Assembly (NCBI RefSeq): GCF_030684315.1
Contig: NC_081361.1
Location: 54,667,553-54,731,552 of the forward strand
Origin: Stegostoma tigrinum
Lineage: Eukaryota
DNA: 64,000 nucleotides
Direction of reading: 5' to 3'
Below, piece by piece: positions 37,530 through 51,124 of the stretch; the stretch's first letter is position 1, and each line of letters begins with the position of its first letter. Position numbers and translations under genes: made by a program. The notes beneath the pieces are model-generated. The model was given only the letters and a program-made list of their open reading frames with translations. It made no database searches and was not told the DNA's origin.

Positions 37530-38300
37530 ATCTAGACAGTATCCAGGCTTATGCTGACAAGTGGCAAATAATATTTGTGCCACACAAATGCCAAGCAATG
37601 ACCATCTCACCACTGCCCTTTGTTGTGATGTTACCATCACTGAAACCCCTACTATTAACATCCTAAATGTTTACCATTGACCATAAATTGAACTGGATTG
37701 CCACATAAACACAGTGGCTACAAGAGTAGCTGAGGCTAAGAATACTGGGATGAGTAATTCACCTCCTGACTCCCCCAAAGCCTGTCCACCATCTACAAGG
37801 CACAGGTCAAGAGTGTGATTGAATACTCCACACTTTTTGGATGCGTGCAACTCCAACAACACTCAAGAAGCTTGACACCATGCAGGACAAATCAGCCCCC
37901 TTGACTGCCACCACATTCACTCCCTCCACCATGGACTCACAGCAGCAGACGTATATCTACAAAATGCACTGTAGAAATTCGTTGAAGATCCTCAGTCAGC
38001 ATCTTCTAAACCCATGACCACTTCTATCTAGAAGGATAAGGGTAGCAGATACTGGGAACACCACCACCAGCAAGATCACCTCCAAGTCCACTCACCATTC
38101 TGACTTAGAAATATATTGCCACTCCTTCACTGCTGGGTCAAAATCCAGGAATACCCTCCCAAAACCATTGCGGGTCAACCTACAGCACATAGATTGTACA
38201 GTTCAAGAGGCTGTTTATTACCACCTTGTTAAAATGGCAACTAGGGATAGGCAATAAATCCTGGTCAAAATGTGACACCTACATTCCACAAATGAATTTT
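37530..38300 (+). mobile_element. L2-type LINE 3' fragment
   Basis: LDSIQAYADKWQIIF.PHKCQAMTIS...LSTIYKAQV.SVIEYS; 3' tail ggcaactagggataggcaataaat shared with the SINEs. Confidence 0.75.
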
Positions 38301-39591
38301 AAAAACTGCATATTTGCCAATCAAGCAGAGGACAGTAGAGGAAAGATATAGTTGGCATTGTCCCAGCAGACCATAGACCTGCTCTCTGAGATGACTGGTG
38401 GTGATTTAATTTGAGGGTCACCAGGCCTCTGGCAAGGGAAGAGGCCGAGAAGGAAACGTCCTTCATGGTAGCCTCAACCAGTACTGGAATTGAACTTAGT
38501 GTTGGTATAACTCCACATTGCAAATCAGCTGACTGGCAAAATGAGCGAACCCAAAATTATATGAAGCTAATCAGAATGCAGGTTGGCTAATCATAGATGG
38601 GGTGGTCTGTGTTCATTTTTATCATTTGTTCACAGGATGTTTGCATAGTGGCCAAAGCTTGTTTAATGGCACTTGTGTCATCACTGTTGATTGTTGTAAA
38701 AACCCATTTGCTTCACTGACATCCTTTAAAAAGGGATATCTGTCAGCCTTATCTGCTGTTATCTACATGTGACTCTAGACCCAAAACAGTGTGGTTGATT
38801 CTTAACTGCCTTAAGCACTGGTAGAATAAATGATGTCTATGTTCCTATGAATCAATAAAAGTATAGGTGGTCATCTCCAAGATTTCTTGGGTCTGAGCTG
38901 TGTATTTGCATTAATATGCCTGTTTGTTCTATGTTCAACAGATCAGACCATCTCATGACCTTAATGTTATGTATGCATTCTGCAAAGGTGACACACTGAA
39001 AAGTGCATCATAGAGTTCACAGATTTTACAGCCAGATAGCCATCAATGTTAAAATTGTTGTGGGGGGTATTAGAATTCAGTGGGAGAGGGTGATGGTAAT
39101 GATCACGATAGAGTGGGGAGTATACAAGGCCACGAAACTACACAGCGACTGGTTACAATTCTGCTGCTACCGGTCCATAACACAAGAATAGATATGTGTA
39201 GTGTGCTTCTATTTCCAAATCTATCCCATTTGGCAGAGTAGTAGAGCAACTTAATATGGAGGGTATCCTCAATAAAATAGAACATGTTCCCACAAGGACT
39301 GTGTGGTAGTCACTCCTGCCAAAACTATTATAGGGAGATGAATCTGCAACAGGTAACTTTGTTAAAGATGGAGTCAAATAGGATAATTAACATAGATCAA
39401 GAAAACATTGTTTTTAACACCAGTCCCTGGGGAATGCCACAGCATGCTTTGCTTTGGACCAAAAAATAAGCATTCACCATTACTCATTTCCTCACACTCT
39501 GCCAACTTTGTATCCTCACTGGAAGTCTACAGCAGCTGTATTAACTTCACCAAATCAGTATGAAACTTTAACAACTGAATTTTTGATGCTT

Positions 39592-40110
39592 AGACCATAA
39601 GACATAGGAATGGATGTGAGGCCATTCGGCCCATCAAGTCCACTCCGCCATTTAATTCATGGCTGATGGGCATTTCAACTCCACTTTCCTGCACTCTCCC
39701 CGTCGCCCTTGATTCCTTGTGAGATCAAAAATTTATCAATCTCTGCCTTGATGGCATTTAACAGCCCAGCCTCCACTGCACTCCGTGGCAATGAATTCCA
39801 CAGGCCCACCACTCTCTGGCTGAAGAAATGTCTCCTCATTTCCATTTTAAATTTACCCCCTCTATTTCTAAGGCTGTGCCCACGGGTCCTAGTCTCCCCG
39901 CCTAACGGAAACAACTTCCCAGCATCCACCCTTTCTAAGCTATGCATTATCTTGTAAGTTTCTATTCGATCTCCCCTCAATGTTCCAATGAATACAATCC
40001 CAGGATCCTTAGCCCTTCATCATATGTTAAACCTACCATTCCAGGATCATCCGTGTGAATCTCCGCTGGACATGCTCCAGCGCCAGTATGTCCTTGCTGA
40101 GGTGTGGGGC
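39592..40110 (-). mobile_element. CR1-type LINE 3' end (relatively young)
   Basis: Minus ORF 39675..39980 RGDRIETYKIM...TRTRGHSLR...FFSQRVVGLWNSLP. Confidence 0.9.
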
Positions 40111-40837
40111 CCAAAATTAGACAACTTGTCCTTAAACATGTTGACTTGGATGTACTTGAATAGGATTTCCTGTAAAACCTTCGGTGCTAACTCTTCAATT
40201 AGTCCTGATAAATATTTTTCTAAATGTTTTGATGGGACTCAAATCATAAACAAAATAACTTCAGATTGAAAGACAATTCCAAAAATAACTTAACCACGTC
40301 ACTTTATTTTTGGTTTCATTTCAAAACTGATAATCCTATTTATGTCCATTATATTAATGCAATATACTTAGTCCAATTAGCCAAAATTGGTCCAATTTTA
40401 TTCAACATAAATTTGAAACAGGACAGTCATTGTGTATTGAGTATTACAGAGTTCAGTCATATTTCCACTGCTGATCCAAGTATAAAATGAACACAGTGCA
40501 GCGTACTCAAGTTGCATTGACATAGCTTGATTAAACACATCACATGGCTTAATAACCATTTGATTTTCCCCAAATTTGTTGCATCAAAATTGAAATATTA
40601 AAAACAAATGAAGTTTCATGGGAAGTATTACATCCCAACAATATAACCACAGAATGCTTAAAATGTAATTTAAATATGAATAAGCAATGCTTAGTAAAGA
40701 CTTGGCTGAAACTTCTGATCACACCTGTTGTAAGACTGTTTTAAAGAAAAAAAAAAATCAAAGGAAATAGGGAGTAAATATTGGGGGAAAAATAATCTTA
40801 AAACATATTGAAAGTGAACTAGTTACAATATTCTTTG

Positions 40838-40990
40838 GGAACAAAAAGATGCTGAAAAAGCTCTGCAGGTCTGGCAGCATCTGTGAAGAAAAAGAGTTAA
40901 CGTTTCAGGTCCGGTGACCCTTCCTCTGCTGAGCTTCTTCAGCAACCTTTTGTTCCTGATTTACAGCATCCACAGTTCTACAGGTTTGTA
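40838..40990. mobile_element. PLE-derived inverted element
   Basis: gagttaacgtttcaggtccggtgacccttcctctg (minus hammerhead-like) and inverted gctgaaaaagctc / gagcttcttcagc arms. Confidence 0.7.
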
Positions 40991-41629
40991 TAACATACTT
41001 CAGTATTCTTTGAAGAGCTGTGACCAGGATTTGAATAAAGTGCATTCGAGGATGCACAAAATGTTCATAGGTTGTGTATAGTCAGTATTTTTAGCTGTAT
41101 AACATTGAAAAAGTGGTTATCGACTTGTCACATGTGCAACTCAAATGATCAAATAAATTTATTGGTCAAGAAACAGATTGTAAAATTAAAACAACTAAGT
41201 TTGGTGCTTAGCAAGGCTAGAGATTTCAGTGTTCAGGATTAAACACCATTTCTAGTACTTTCAAGTCAGGTGCAACACTGTTGAAAAAACAATAGATGTT
41301 CCCCAACAATTTCCTTCATCTTCAAGACAGCACCATTATTGTATCAGTGTTACAGGCATTTTTCAATCAACCTGGTCAGGCAGACATTGTAATGAATGTC
41401 TGGAACAGGTGGCATTTGAACCCTGATCTCCTAGCCAGAGGTAGGGATATACCACTACACCAAATAGCCCCTGCATCAGTGTTATATTTCCAGTCATTAT
41501 GAGGTCTTTTGTTGAACAACACATTGCCATTAAGCACTTAATTAGTTTGGACCCATACTCGTTTCAGAGAGAACCTTACAGGTAGAAAAGCCAGGAGACT
41601 TGCACTCAGAGTTCAATGTGACCCAGATT

Positions 41630-41975
41630 CATAGAATCTCAACAGTGTGGAAACAGATCATTCAGCCCACGGAGTCCATACCAACCCTCCAAACAGCATC
41701 TCACTTAGCCCCAGCCCCCTTATTCCTGTGATCCTGCATTTTCAATGACTATCCCACGTAGCCTGCACATCCCTGGAGACTATGGTCAATTTAGCATGGC
41801 TAATTTACCTAACCTGCACATCTTTAAACTGTGGGAGGAAACCGGACCACCCGGAGGAAGCCTATGCAGACACTGGGAGAACATATAAATTCTCCACAGA
41901 TGGTTGTCCAAGGGTGGAACTGAACCTGTGTCCCTGGCGCTGTGAGGCAGCAGTGTCAACTGTCAGCCACCATGT
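41630..41975 (-). mobile_element. V-SINE (HE1-like) downstream of CPT2 stop
   Basis: Reverse complement of the 16953-17250 family (ctgtgggaggaaaccggaccacccggaggaagcc). Confidence 0.85.
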
Positions 41976-42157
41976 GTACAGAATTGCAAATACGCAACAT
42001 TTTCTCATCCTCAATCAGTGACTGTTGATTCAAGTATCATTTTCTTCTTGAATATGATAATCACCCCATATGTTAGTGCTTTAAATGCACACTTTCTATA
42101 ATTGTAGAGTACAATCATTATAGTCTGATTCATTTCTACCCATTCAGTTCATGTAAC

Positions 42158-42489
42158 TCAGAAGCTGACAGGTTGTCCTTCTAACACATCAAAAATGTCA
42201 TTCAGGCTTTTGTTTAAACACTTTAAGAATTCTTTAGCGTCTCGAGCAGGATAGCTGGATATATTGCATCCTATCCAGTGGTCATGAACACCATAACCAA
42301 CACCAAAACCGTCAGGAACGACCGGTGCAAAGCCCCCTAACTGGACTGCAGGACTGCTGAGAGTGCTGGTAGAAAGAATATTATGGTTGATCTGAATATA
42401 CGATGGGTCTTGGAATAGTTCCGGTAAAGATGTTCCTTTAGATTTTGCTAGGTACCGCAGAGCAAACAAATGCCGGTCAAATCCCTGAC
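42158..42489 (-). CDS. CPT2: CPT2 exon 5 (terminal)
   Basis: ccctcAG|(G)[14 protein letters not shown]...[27 protein letters not shown]...SF*. Confidence 0.97.
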
Positions 42490-43862
42490 CTGAGGGAAGA
42501 AGTAATAAATAGTGACTTAGTCTCTGATAAATACATTTGAAAATTGAAACCTGGAGAGTTTATAGTACACAACTAAACACTGCATTTTATTCTTATGCAA
42601 GGCTTAGAACATGGTATCTAATTTGATTCACACAGGACAGGCAATTGTTGAGGCTTTGGGAAAATTATGAGGGGACCATAAAAAAGATTCTCAGTTTAAA
42701 ACACTTTAATTAGGGTTCACGCATTATTGTTGATGCAGAGCATAGCATGGATGTTAACTTGTGCATTGGAATGTTATACCTTCACAAACTTTAAAACAGC
42801 CCTGTATGTGAGGATGCCCTTCTACAGAATTAAATTGTGGAAAGAACAGGGCTCATACTTCTGGGTCCTCTATTACTTTAATACTGGTGAGGCCTATCAT
42901 AACAGGATTAGAGACATTTGGAAAATAAGGTGTTGAACAATGGCATTATATGCTAGTAAAGGAACATTATTTGCTCACTGCAATCTAAGATTGCTGTTTT
43001 GACAGCCCTGGATAAATAGGAAGGTTAGCAGCAGAAACAGTACACAACTGTAAAAAAAGTTGGTAACAAATCCCCAAAAAAAACGTCAAAATCAAAGTGC
43101 CAAAATGTATTGTGTTTAAAGGGCGTCTTGACAAATACACAAGCAGGATGGGAATAGAGGGATACGGTTCCCGGAAGTGTAGGGAGTTTTGACGATTGTA
43201 ACAGACACCATGTCGGTGCGGGCTTGGAGGGCCAAAGGGCCTGTTCCTGTGCTGTAATTTTCTTTGTTCTTTGACTCCACATAACATGGGCAAGGTTGAA
43301 AGAAGAATCTCAAATTGCTGTTTGGATTTTTTTTCTGACAAAATTAATATACTACCATTGTTTCCCCTCCCAAATCCAAGCCAGGAAGAGATGGAGAAAT
43401 GTACATTGATCAGAAGATTATTTTACTACTTATAGTGATGAAACTTATTTATTTCTGAAACTTACAGGTCAGCAACTAGAGCTGAACTAACAAAATCAGA
43501 TTTTCTGCCTTTACAATCTTGTGAACCCTATTGTCAAAGAGAATCAAAAATTAAAGACAAAAGGAACTAGTGCTTTGCTATTTCAAAGAACCGGAACATC
43601 ATTAACGGGCCAAAGGTCCTTTCACCTTTATTGCAGTAAAATTCTACAGAAAACGCTTGTAAAAGAACATTTGGTGGAAATCTATCAGAGTGTGATGCTA
43701 AATTATTGAATAGCTCAGATATTGAAATGCTGACAGTGATCGAGGGAAACAGCAAAACCCTGCAAAGAATCAACACCTTTACAGGTGGGAAGAATACTAC
43801 ATGAAACTATTAATCAGTCCAATCAAAGCAAGTGATAGGACCCATGGAATGTCTGGACTTAC

Positions 43863-45167
43863 CCATGGCAGCTTCTTTGGTCAGCTGTCCATGATACTTG
43901 GAGCACTCATTGATCATCGTCCGCAAGTCTGAGATGCTGTGTTTTGATGGCTCCTTCACAAATGCCTCACTGCACTTCTTTGTGTAAATGGTGGCAGGGC
44001 GAATGGTTTCTGTTCGGCCATGTTTAAATGCTGCAGTGCTACAAGACTCATAGGTGGCAACTGTTTTCCCATACTGTCTCAAAAATGCCATTTGAAAAGA
44101 GAGTTGTGCAACTGCATCAGGGCTGACATTTTGTTTTTTCAGGAATTCCTTTCCACCTTTTTTGAACTCCAGTGCGTCAAAAGACAAGGTGCTCACTGTG
44201 TTATCAAACTTTTCCTTGGCACTCAAAATACCCGATTTTAGAAAATCATCAAGTTTAAACTCGAGCTTCTGCACAGACTGGGAGGAGTCAACTGCTGCAG
44301 GCAACGTAGTGGCTGAAATTGCAGGCCTCTCAGTCGTGTCCTTGAAAATTTCATTCATTAAACGCAGGACAGCCACACCATCACCCCACGAATGCTCAAA
44401 ATTCACAGCTGCATGGCCTTCTTTGGTTATTATAATGCTGAAGGATTTGTCATACCAGCGGTTGAGGCCATTTCCATGAAGCATGTTATGGGAGAGCTGC
44501 AGATGATCCTTCACAGTGATATCATCAAAGCAAATACAGAAGATGGCTGTATCTATTTTATTCAGCGCCTCTGTATTCCCAGCCTCCAGTAGTCTCTGTC
44601 TCATCGAGGTCCAAGTATCTCTATTTTCACTTGTTAAATATCCAAGACAAAATTCAGGAGGCGGCCTTGGATCAGACAAAATATATTTGAAGTGAGCCTG
44701 GATTTCAGAAGCTTTTGTGATTCTTCCATCTCCATCAATAACATCAAGTGTGTAGAAATGTCCATTTCTCATCACCAACAAGTGCTTGGCACGGTCATCT
44801 GTAAGCAGCTCATCACGACCTGGTCTGGGAATACGAGTAGAATTGAACAGTCTGTAGTACTGAGACATGTCAAGTGGGTAGGCATTCACCATGTAGGCTC
44901 CATACCATGAAAGGGAGGCAGGAACAAATCGAATTATGTTCTTAAAAGAAGATGTATTGCTTTTAGCAGGATTAAGATGGAAGATTTCGGGTTCCAGTAA
45001 GCCAGCTCGAAAAGTCTTCATGAAACGCAGTGCAGACACAGTCATATTGGTCGCCCTAGTAACCTGATCATTGTTTGCAGAGTTTGGATCAGGATTAAAA
45101 GACATAAAAGGATTATGATTCAAGACAACTGGTTCACGTGCAGCGAGGTACATATCAAACCATGGTC
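43863..45167 (-). CDS. CPT2: CPT2 exon 4 (1305 nt)
   Basis: (G)PWFDMYL...NRWYDKSF...[13 protein letters not shown] (catalytic His)...[18 protein letters not shown]...KEAAM-G|GTAAGT. Confidence 0.98.
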
Positions 45168-45704
45168 CTAAAGAAATGAGAGGAAAGAAAAGATTCTTAG
45201 AACACCGATGATATCAAGCGTTACAAATATGTATTAGATTAACGTGTTCCATAATGAATTTATTTGTTGATCCAGTTTTTCTTCCTCTTTCCTGTACATA
45301 CTGACTCTCATCACAGTGCTGTTCCATGGGCATTGCCGGTCCTTTAGTGACTCTCAAAAACAATTGCTCTCCTCCATGTCAGCTTGGTGCAAGATTAAAC
45401 TGACAGACATCACACTTGAGTATCATGCCTTCATTCATTGCCCATTTGAACTGTTTCCATCAAGAAATACTGAACGCTCAGAAGTGATGACCTTTGGCAA
45501 ATTTCCCTATATTCTATGGCTGGGGTGTTGAAGTCAATTGAAGTGCCTCCATTCAGAAGGGCAACCAACATAGTACATACCAGAGACTTGGCTTAATTCT
45601 TTCTGAAGAAAGCAGCCAGCCTCCCTCTATGTGCAGATAATGCAGTTGGGTATATTTCAGGTCAAATCTTGGTCTAGCAGATCAAATTGGCAAGTTGATC
45701 TCAC

Positions 45705-45811
45705 CTGAAATGAAGCTGGTATGCTTGTTTCTTTTGTCTTGGACCACAAGTTCTTCATGCAACTGTTTACCAATTCCCTTTTCAAAATCCTTAGCCAATT
45801 GTTCAGTTCTC
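45705..45811 (-). CDS. CPT2: CPT2 exon 3
   Basis: [35 protein letters not shown]|GTGAGA. Confidence 0.95.
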
Positions 45812-46199
45812 CTACATTACATTAAAAAAAACCACAGAATGTGAAGTGTGAAGTTGTGACAAGAAGTAAATACAGTTTAAAGGGAGTTTAATTAATTAGT
45901 CTAGGCCAGTTAGTCGCCATGTTTTGCAAGTTTGAAAATCAGACAGAAGCTCAATCACAGCTTGAATTCAGAAATTTATATGGCAAAATAAATACACTTC
46001 AACAAATCCCCTCATGGACTTTCAGAAGCAAACTGTTTGTATCTGTTTACATTAAACTGGGTACTGAATGATCTACTGAAAATAAGATTGCACTATTCAA
46101 ATAGAAAGTTGGGAAAATCAGTTATTTAAATTTGAGAAACATGACTGTGTTCCTTCATGTTTACACCCTCATTTTCTGCTTATGATGTGACATCGCCAT

Positions 46200-46500
46200 T
46201 TTGGGGCAACATGCTGACACAGAGATTTGCACTGCTGCCTCACAGTGCCAGAGTTCAATTCCAGCTTTGGGAACTATCTGTGGAGTTTGCGCATTCTCCC
46301 CATGTCTGCGTCTGTGTGGCTTTCCTCTGGATGCTCCGATTTCCCCTTAGTCAAAAGGGGTGCAATTTTGGCAGATTGTCCATGGTATTGTGGGATTATA
46401 GGGATAAGATCTGGGTGGGATATCTTTGGGGTAGGAAGAGATGGGGGGTGTAAACCTGAGGGGCTGTATGGCCCCATTTGCACTGTAGGGATTCTATGAT
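46200..46500 (+). mobile_element. V-SINE (HE1-like), degenerate
   Basis: gcactgctgcctcacagtgccag...tgtggagtttgcgcattctccccatgtctgcgt. Confidence 0.75.
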
Positions 46501-47509
46501 TGTCAAGAACAAAGTCAGCACACAATCACTCTTTGCAGAACTTGGAAATTACACAATTGTTCAAACAGTTAATCTATAAAAGCCACCCAACATCTGACAA
46601 ACATTCATTTAAAAAAAACTTAGTTTATTGAAAAACAAAAGTACTAATTAGGATAGCTTAAATAATTCTCAGTTTCCCACAAACGTGGTGAGTTTATTAG
46701 TGAATCCCTAAGTGCTACATACAGAATTATTTCAGTCTAAATTCAGTTAACTGACCTCAGCTGAGGCCTCTGCATCATGCAATAGGCAGGGGAAACTCTG
46801 CCTAGGTTCCACTGGTTGGAATCATTATCTATTGAGCTCTGCTGGAAGTGTGTGGAGACAAAGAAAGGTCAGATACTATAATTTTCAGTTAGAAGGTTGA
46901 ATATCCTTTTACCACGTTTTCAAGACATGTTTAGAAGCAATCTATTGTTTGTAATTTAAGACACATTGGCAAATGCTGCAATTAATATTTCAGAGTCCTG
47001 CAAACAGCAAGTGAGTTGAATTATCAGTTAATCTGAAAGAAGAAAGGTTTGCTCCTTTTGTTCAAGTAATACCACTGGATCTTTTAATTCAACCAAACAA
47101 GACCAACAGTACTTCGGTTTTGACACCCAGAAGATTACACTGCTGACAATGCAGTACTTCCACAGTGCTGCACTGAAATAACTGGCTACTGTAAATACTC
47201 AAGAAATGTGAATTATATCCATATCCTTCCAACTCTAGAGGAGAATGTGCCAATGCCCAAATAATCAAAATGTTCCTGACATCAAAATTAAATCCTAGTG
47301 TATTCTCCACACACTCCAGATGCTATAATGCTGCCCAATGATCAAAAATAGTTTTTGAAACAAATCGTTTTAATCAAAATTACTATGAAAAAATAATGCA
47401 GATAGTCACTTTAATATTTCCTTAAATAGGTTAATCTTTTATATCAATTCCAATTACTAATAAATAAATTTGCATCTTTCGATGCATACCTGTCTCACTT
47501 CCCCAAAAT

Positions 47510-47915
47510 AATGTAAATCGAGGCTGACACTTTAGTGCTGTACTGAGAATGGAGATGCTGTCTTTCAAATGAGAGAGCATCCAAACCGTTTCTGCTTGGG
47601 TTGAAGTTATGAAATGAACCAGCAGCACAGGCAGGTTTCCAAGCTGCCCTTTCACCCAGTAACCAAGGAAGCAGATGAAGGTCACTGCACTACTTTCAAG
47701 AACAGCATGTGTGTATTTCCTGAGGTCTCAGCCAGTATTTGTCTCAGTCGAAAGTCACAAAAACTGATTACTGATTGTTATCAAGTTGCTCAGAGTGTGT
47801 CTGCTCAGCACATATTGCCTACCTAATTTCCTGCAATAGCAGTCTCATTTCACTGACTGCTAAGTGTTTTGAGACAAACAGCAGTCATGAACAGCAATGT
47901 GATGCAAGTTATTTG
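47510..47915 (+). mobile_element. Deu-domain-like SINE
   Basis: ggctgacactttagtgctgtactgag...gctgtctttcaaatgaga; similar to 51680-51985. Confidence 0.55.
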
Positions 47916-48397
47916 TTTCACTCTTCATATTCTAAGGACACACTCTAGGTCCGAGTGAAGGTGTTGGAAATTCCAATGATTACTTTCTGCAGGAAAAAGT
48001 CTCATCTCTGTTCAGCATTACCTGATTGTAGCACAGTTCTAGAAATATAACGCACATTTCACCATTCCACAACATTGATTGTGGTGTTTTCCAGCATTGT
48101 CGATATAATTGCAAAGTAGAATAAAGTTTAAGTGACAAATGCAGAGATATTATGCTCTTCTTTACAGCTAATTACGGACTAACAATTATTTGCCATTATC
48201 TTTCAATTGTTAGAGATCTTAATTAAAATTATAAATAACCTCTGCTCCAAGTCCATTATCCTTGTGGATTGGATAGGATATATTGTCATGTCTTTGTATT
48301 TAATTCAAAAATAGTAATGATTGACTCACATAGCTCAGTGGAACACAAATAAAAAAACTTGCACACGCATACCACACAACGTTCACTGTTTACTTAC

Positions 48398-48478
48398 CTA
48401 TACTGGTCATTATCTAAAAGTGGCTTCTGTGCAGTCAAGTAACGTTGCATTGTAGCTTGCAATTTTGGAATCGGTAAT
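48398..48478 (-). CDS. CPT2: CPT2 exon 2
   Basis: LPIPKLQATMQRYLTAQKPLLDNDQY|GTAAGT. Confidence 0.95.
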
Positions 48479-48827
48479 CTTTAGATTTCAAAACAAACAA
48501 ACAGGGTTAGAAAATAAACTATGAATACAAGCCTAAACTCAAGATGACAAAACAAAAAAATAGATTAGCAAGTATCATAAATATTTCTAAGATTTTCATT
48601 ATTGCAGCTACCCAACACATTACATTCTAACAACATGGATCACACTACGAACTATTCCAACATACACTGCAGAATACAACTTTTACCAATGTTGTGAAAT
48701 AAAAAAACTGTGGATGCTGGTGATCTGAAACAAAACCGAAGTGCTGGAGAAACTCAGTAGGAAGAGACAGATAGTGTTAACTTTTTGAGTCCAGTGACCC
48801 TGCTTTAGAGTTATGATAAACACCAAA

Positions 48828-49172
48828 ATCATAGAATGCATAGTGTGGAAGCAGGCCATTCAGCCTATCACATTCACACTGAGTCTCTGAAGAGCATCCC
48901 ACCTTGACTTGCTCTCCATGCTCGACCCCTGTAACCGTCCATTTCTTATGGCTAACCCACCTAAACCTGCACATCCCTAGATACTGTGATCAATTCAGCA
49001 TCATCAATGCACCTACCCTACACATCTTTGGACTGTGGGAAGAAAGCAGAGCACCTGCAGGAAACCCAAGACGACACAGGGAGAATGTATAACTTCCACA
49101 CAGACAGTCGCCTGAGGCTGAAATTGAACCCGGGTCCCTGTCACCGTGAGGCAGCAGTGCTAACCAGTGTCA
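48828..49172 (-). mobile_element. V-SINE (HE1-like)
   Basis: cacatctttggactgtgggaagaaagcagagcacc...tgaggcagcagtgctaacc. Confidence 0.85.
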
Positions 49173-49279
49173 ACCCGAGGTTCAGCCGGCAACAACCCAT
49201 TCAAACTACAAAGATCTGCAGGTGTTGGAAACCAGAAACAAACAAAAACTGGAAGCACTGGAGAAACTCTTCTCCAGAA

Positions 49280-50070
49280 CTGAATCAAGGTGTACAGCTG
49301 GTTGCACACAGCAGGCCAAACAGGATTAGAGGAGCAGGAAGGCTGACGTTTCAGGCCTAGTCTGTTCTTCAGAAATGGGGGAGGGGAAGGGGATTCCAAA
49401 ATAAATAGGGAGACCGGGGAGGCAGACAGAAGATGGATAGAGGAGAAGATAGGTGGAGAGGAGACAGCCAGATCAACGAGGTGGGGATGGAGCCAGTAAA
49501 CGTGAGTGTAGGCGGGGAGTTAGAGAGGGGATAGGTCAGTCCTGAGAGGACAGACAGGTCGAGGGGACGGGATGAAGTTAGTAGGTAGGAAATGGAGGTT
49601 CGGCTTGAGGTGGGAGGAGGGGATAGGTGTGAGGAAGAACAGGTTAGGGTGGCGGGGATGAGCTGGGCTGATTTTGGGATGCGGTGGGTGGCGGGGATGA
49701 GCTGGGCTGGTTTTGGGATGCGGTTGGGGGGAGGGGGCGAGCTGGGCTGGTTTTGGGATGTGGTGGGGGGGAGGGGAAGAGCTGGGCTGGTTTTGGGATG
49801 TGGTGGGGGGGAGGGGAAGAGCTGGGCTGGTTTTGGGATGCGGTGGGGGGGGGAGAGGGGAAGAGCTGGGCTGGTTTTGGGATGTGGTGGGGGGGAGGGG
49901 AAGAGCTGGGCTGGTTTTGGGATGTGGTGGGGGGGGGGAGGGGAAGAGCTGGGCTGGTTTTGGGATGCGGTGGGGGGGGAGGGGAAGAGCTGGGCTGGTT
50001 TTGGGATGCGGTGGGGGGGAGGGGAAGAGCTGGGCTGGTTTTGGGATGCGGTGGGGGGAGATTTTGAAGC
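49280..50070 (-). mobile_element. PLE 3' UTR/terminal repeat in CPT2 intron 1
   Basis: Reverse complement of the 7050-7500 segment, beginning at ttcaaaatctcccc; flanked by arms of an older PLE-derived element (49205-49275, 50071-50160). Confidence 0.85.
49650..50060. repeat. G-rich ~40 bp minisatellite, 10 copies
   Basis: gggaagagctgggctggttttgggatg(c/t)ggtgggggg; gctgggctg cores near 49662, 49701, 49741, 49781, 49821, 49865, 49905, 49948, 49989, 50029. Confidence 0.95.
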
Positions 50071-50272
50071 CGTCGGACCCGAAACGTTAACAGTGCTTTC
50101 TCTCTCCATCCACAGCTGCTGTCAGACCTGCTGAGTTTCTCCAGCACTTTCCGTTCTTGTTCCACTCAAACCACCGGCGCCTGCGGCCAGAGTCCCTTCC
50201 CGAGGTTTCTGTTTGAACATCTGAGCCGCCCTCCACCCCATTGCCCGGGGAGGCTTACAGCCTGGCACTGAC

Positions 50273-50430
50273 CGCGGGAGGCTCTGCTGGAAGTGGTTGG
50301 TGGGCACGATGCTCTTATGCAGGTAGTCCAGCTCGGAGCTGGAGCTGCTCCGGCTCAGGGTGAGGGAGAGAGAGAGCCCCCCGGAGTGGACCAGTTTGCT
50401 GACTCTACCAGAGACCCGCAGCATAGCCAT
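50273..50430 (-). CDS. CPT2: Carnitine palmitoyltransferase 2, exon 1 (mitochondrial presequence)
   Basis: MAMLRVSGRVSKLVHS...DYLHKSIVPTNHFQQSLP-R|GTCAGT; spliced CDS 1983 nt = 660 aa. Confidence 0.93.
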
Positions 50431-50570
50431 AGCGACCAGAGCCCCCTGTCTCCGGAAACCGCTTCAACTTCCGCGGTATGAAACCCCGCCCACTGGACAT
50501 CCCATAACCCCCACCAGAGGAAGTGAGGACACAATGAGCGATTTGGCGGCAATGCGAGGTGGAGACCCCC
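50431..50570 (-). promoter_or_regulatory. CPT2 proximal promoter / 5' UTR
   Basis: CpG-rich, ETS-like ccggaa/ggaagt motifs and a ccccgccc GC box upstream of the ATG. Confidence 0.45.
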
Positions 50571-50714
50571 TGGAGGGAAGGAGCAGTCAGTGTTTTGGGT
50601 ATCACCCCTTCTTCACATTGACTGCTCCTTTCCTCGAGGTGCTGCCTGGCTTACTGAGGACGAAGTTTGTACACTGGATATCTTAAAATCCAGGGGTTAG
50701 TGTGGGTAAATCCC

Positions 50715-51110
50715 TCTCTCCACTCTCATTCATCCATTCAGTCCTCCATTCATTCACTTTCCTCCTCATTCATTCATTCCCGCTATTGGTTCACACTCTG
50801 CACTTTCATTCATTCACCCTCAGTTTTCTCATATGTTGACTTTGTCTCCACTCATTCATTCACTTGTACTTCCTCCAACCTCACGCTTTCATCCTGTCTC
50901 TGCTCTTAATTCATCACTCTTCCTCACTTTCTTTCACCCTCCTACTTTCATTCGTTCATTGTCTTCTCACTCATTCATTAATTCTCTCTGTAGTCAATCA
51001 CTGCTTTATTCGCTCTCCCTCTTTCTTTCATTCATTTATTCACCCTCTTTCCTCTCTTCTCTCCCAGCTGATTCACACACTCTCCACTCAGTCATTTGTT
51101 CACTCGCTCC
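50715..51110. repeat. Degenerate (TTCA/TCAC)n pyrimidine-rich low-complexity tract
   Basis: Repeated cattcattca/ctcattc motifs. Confidence 0.75.
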
Positions 51111-51124
51111 TTGTTCTCAATCTG

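Noticed and set aside
49369-50165. Several Pro- or Gly-rich ORFs of 125-246 aa
   Set aside because: Translations of the G-rich minisatellite.
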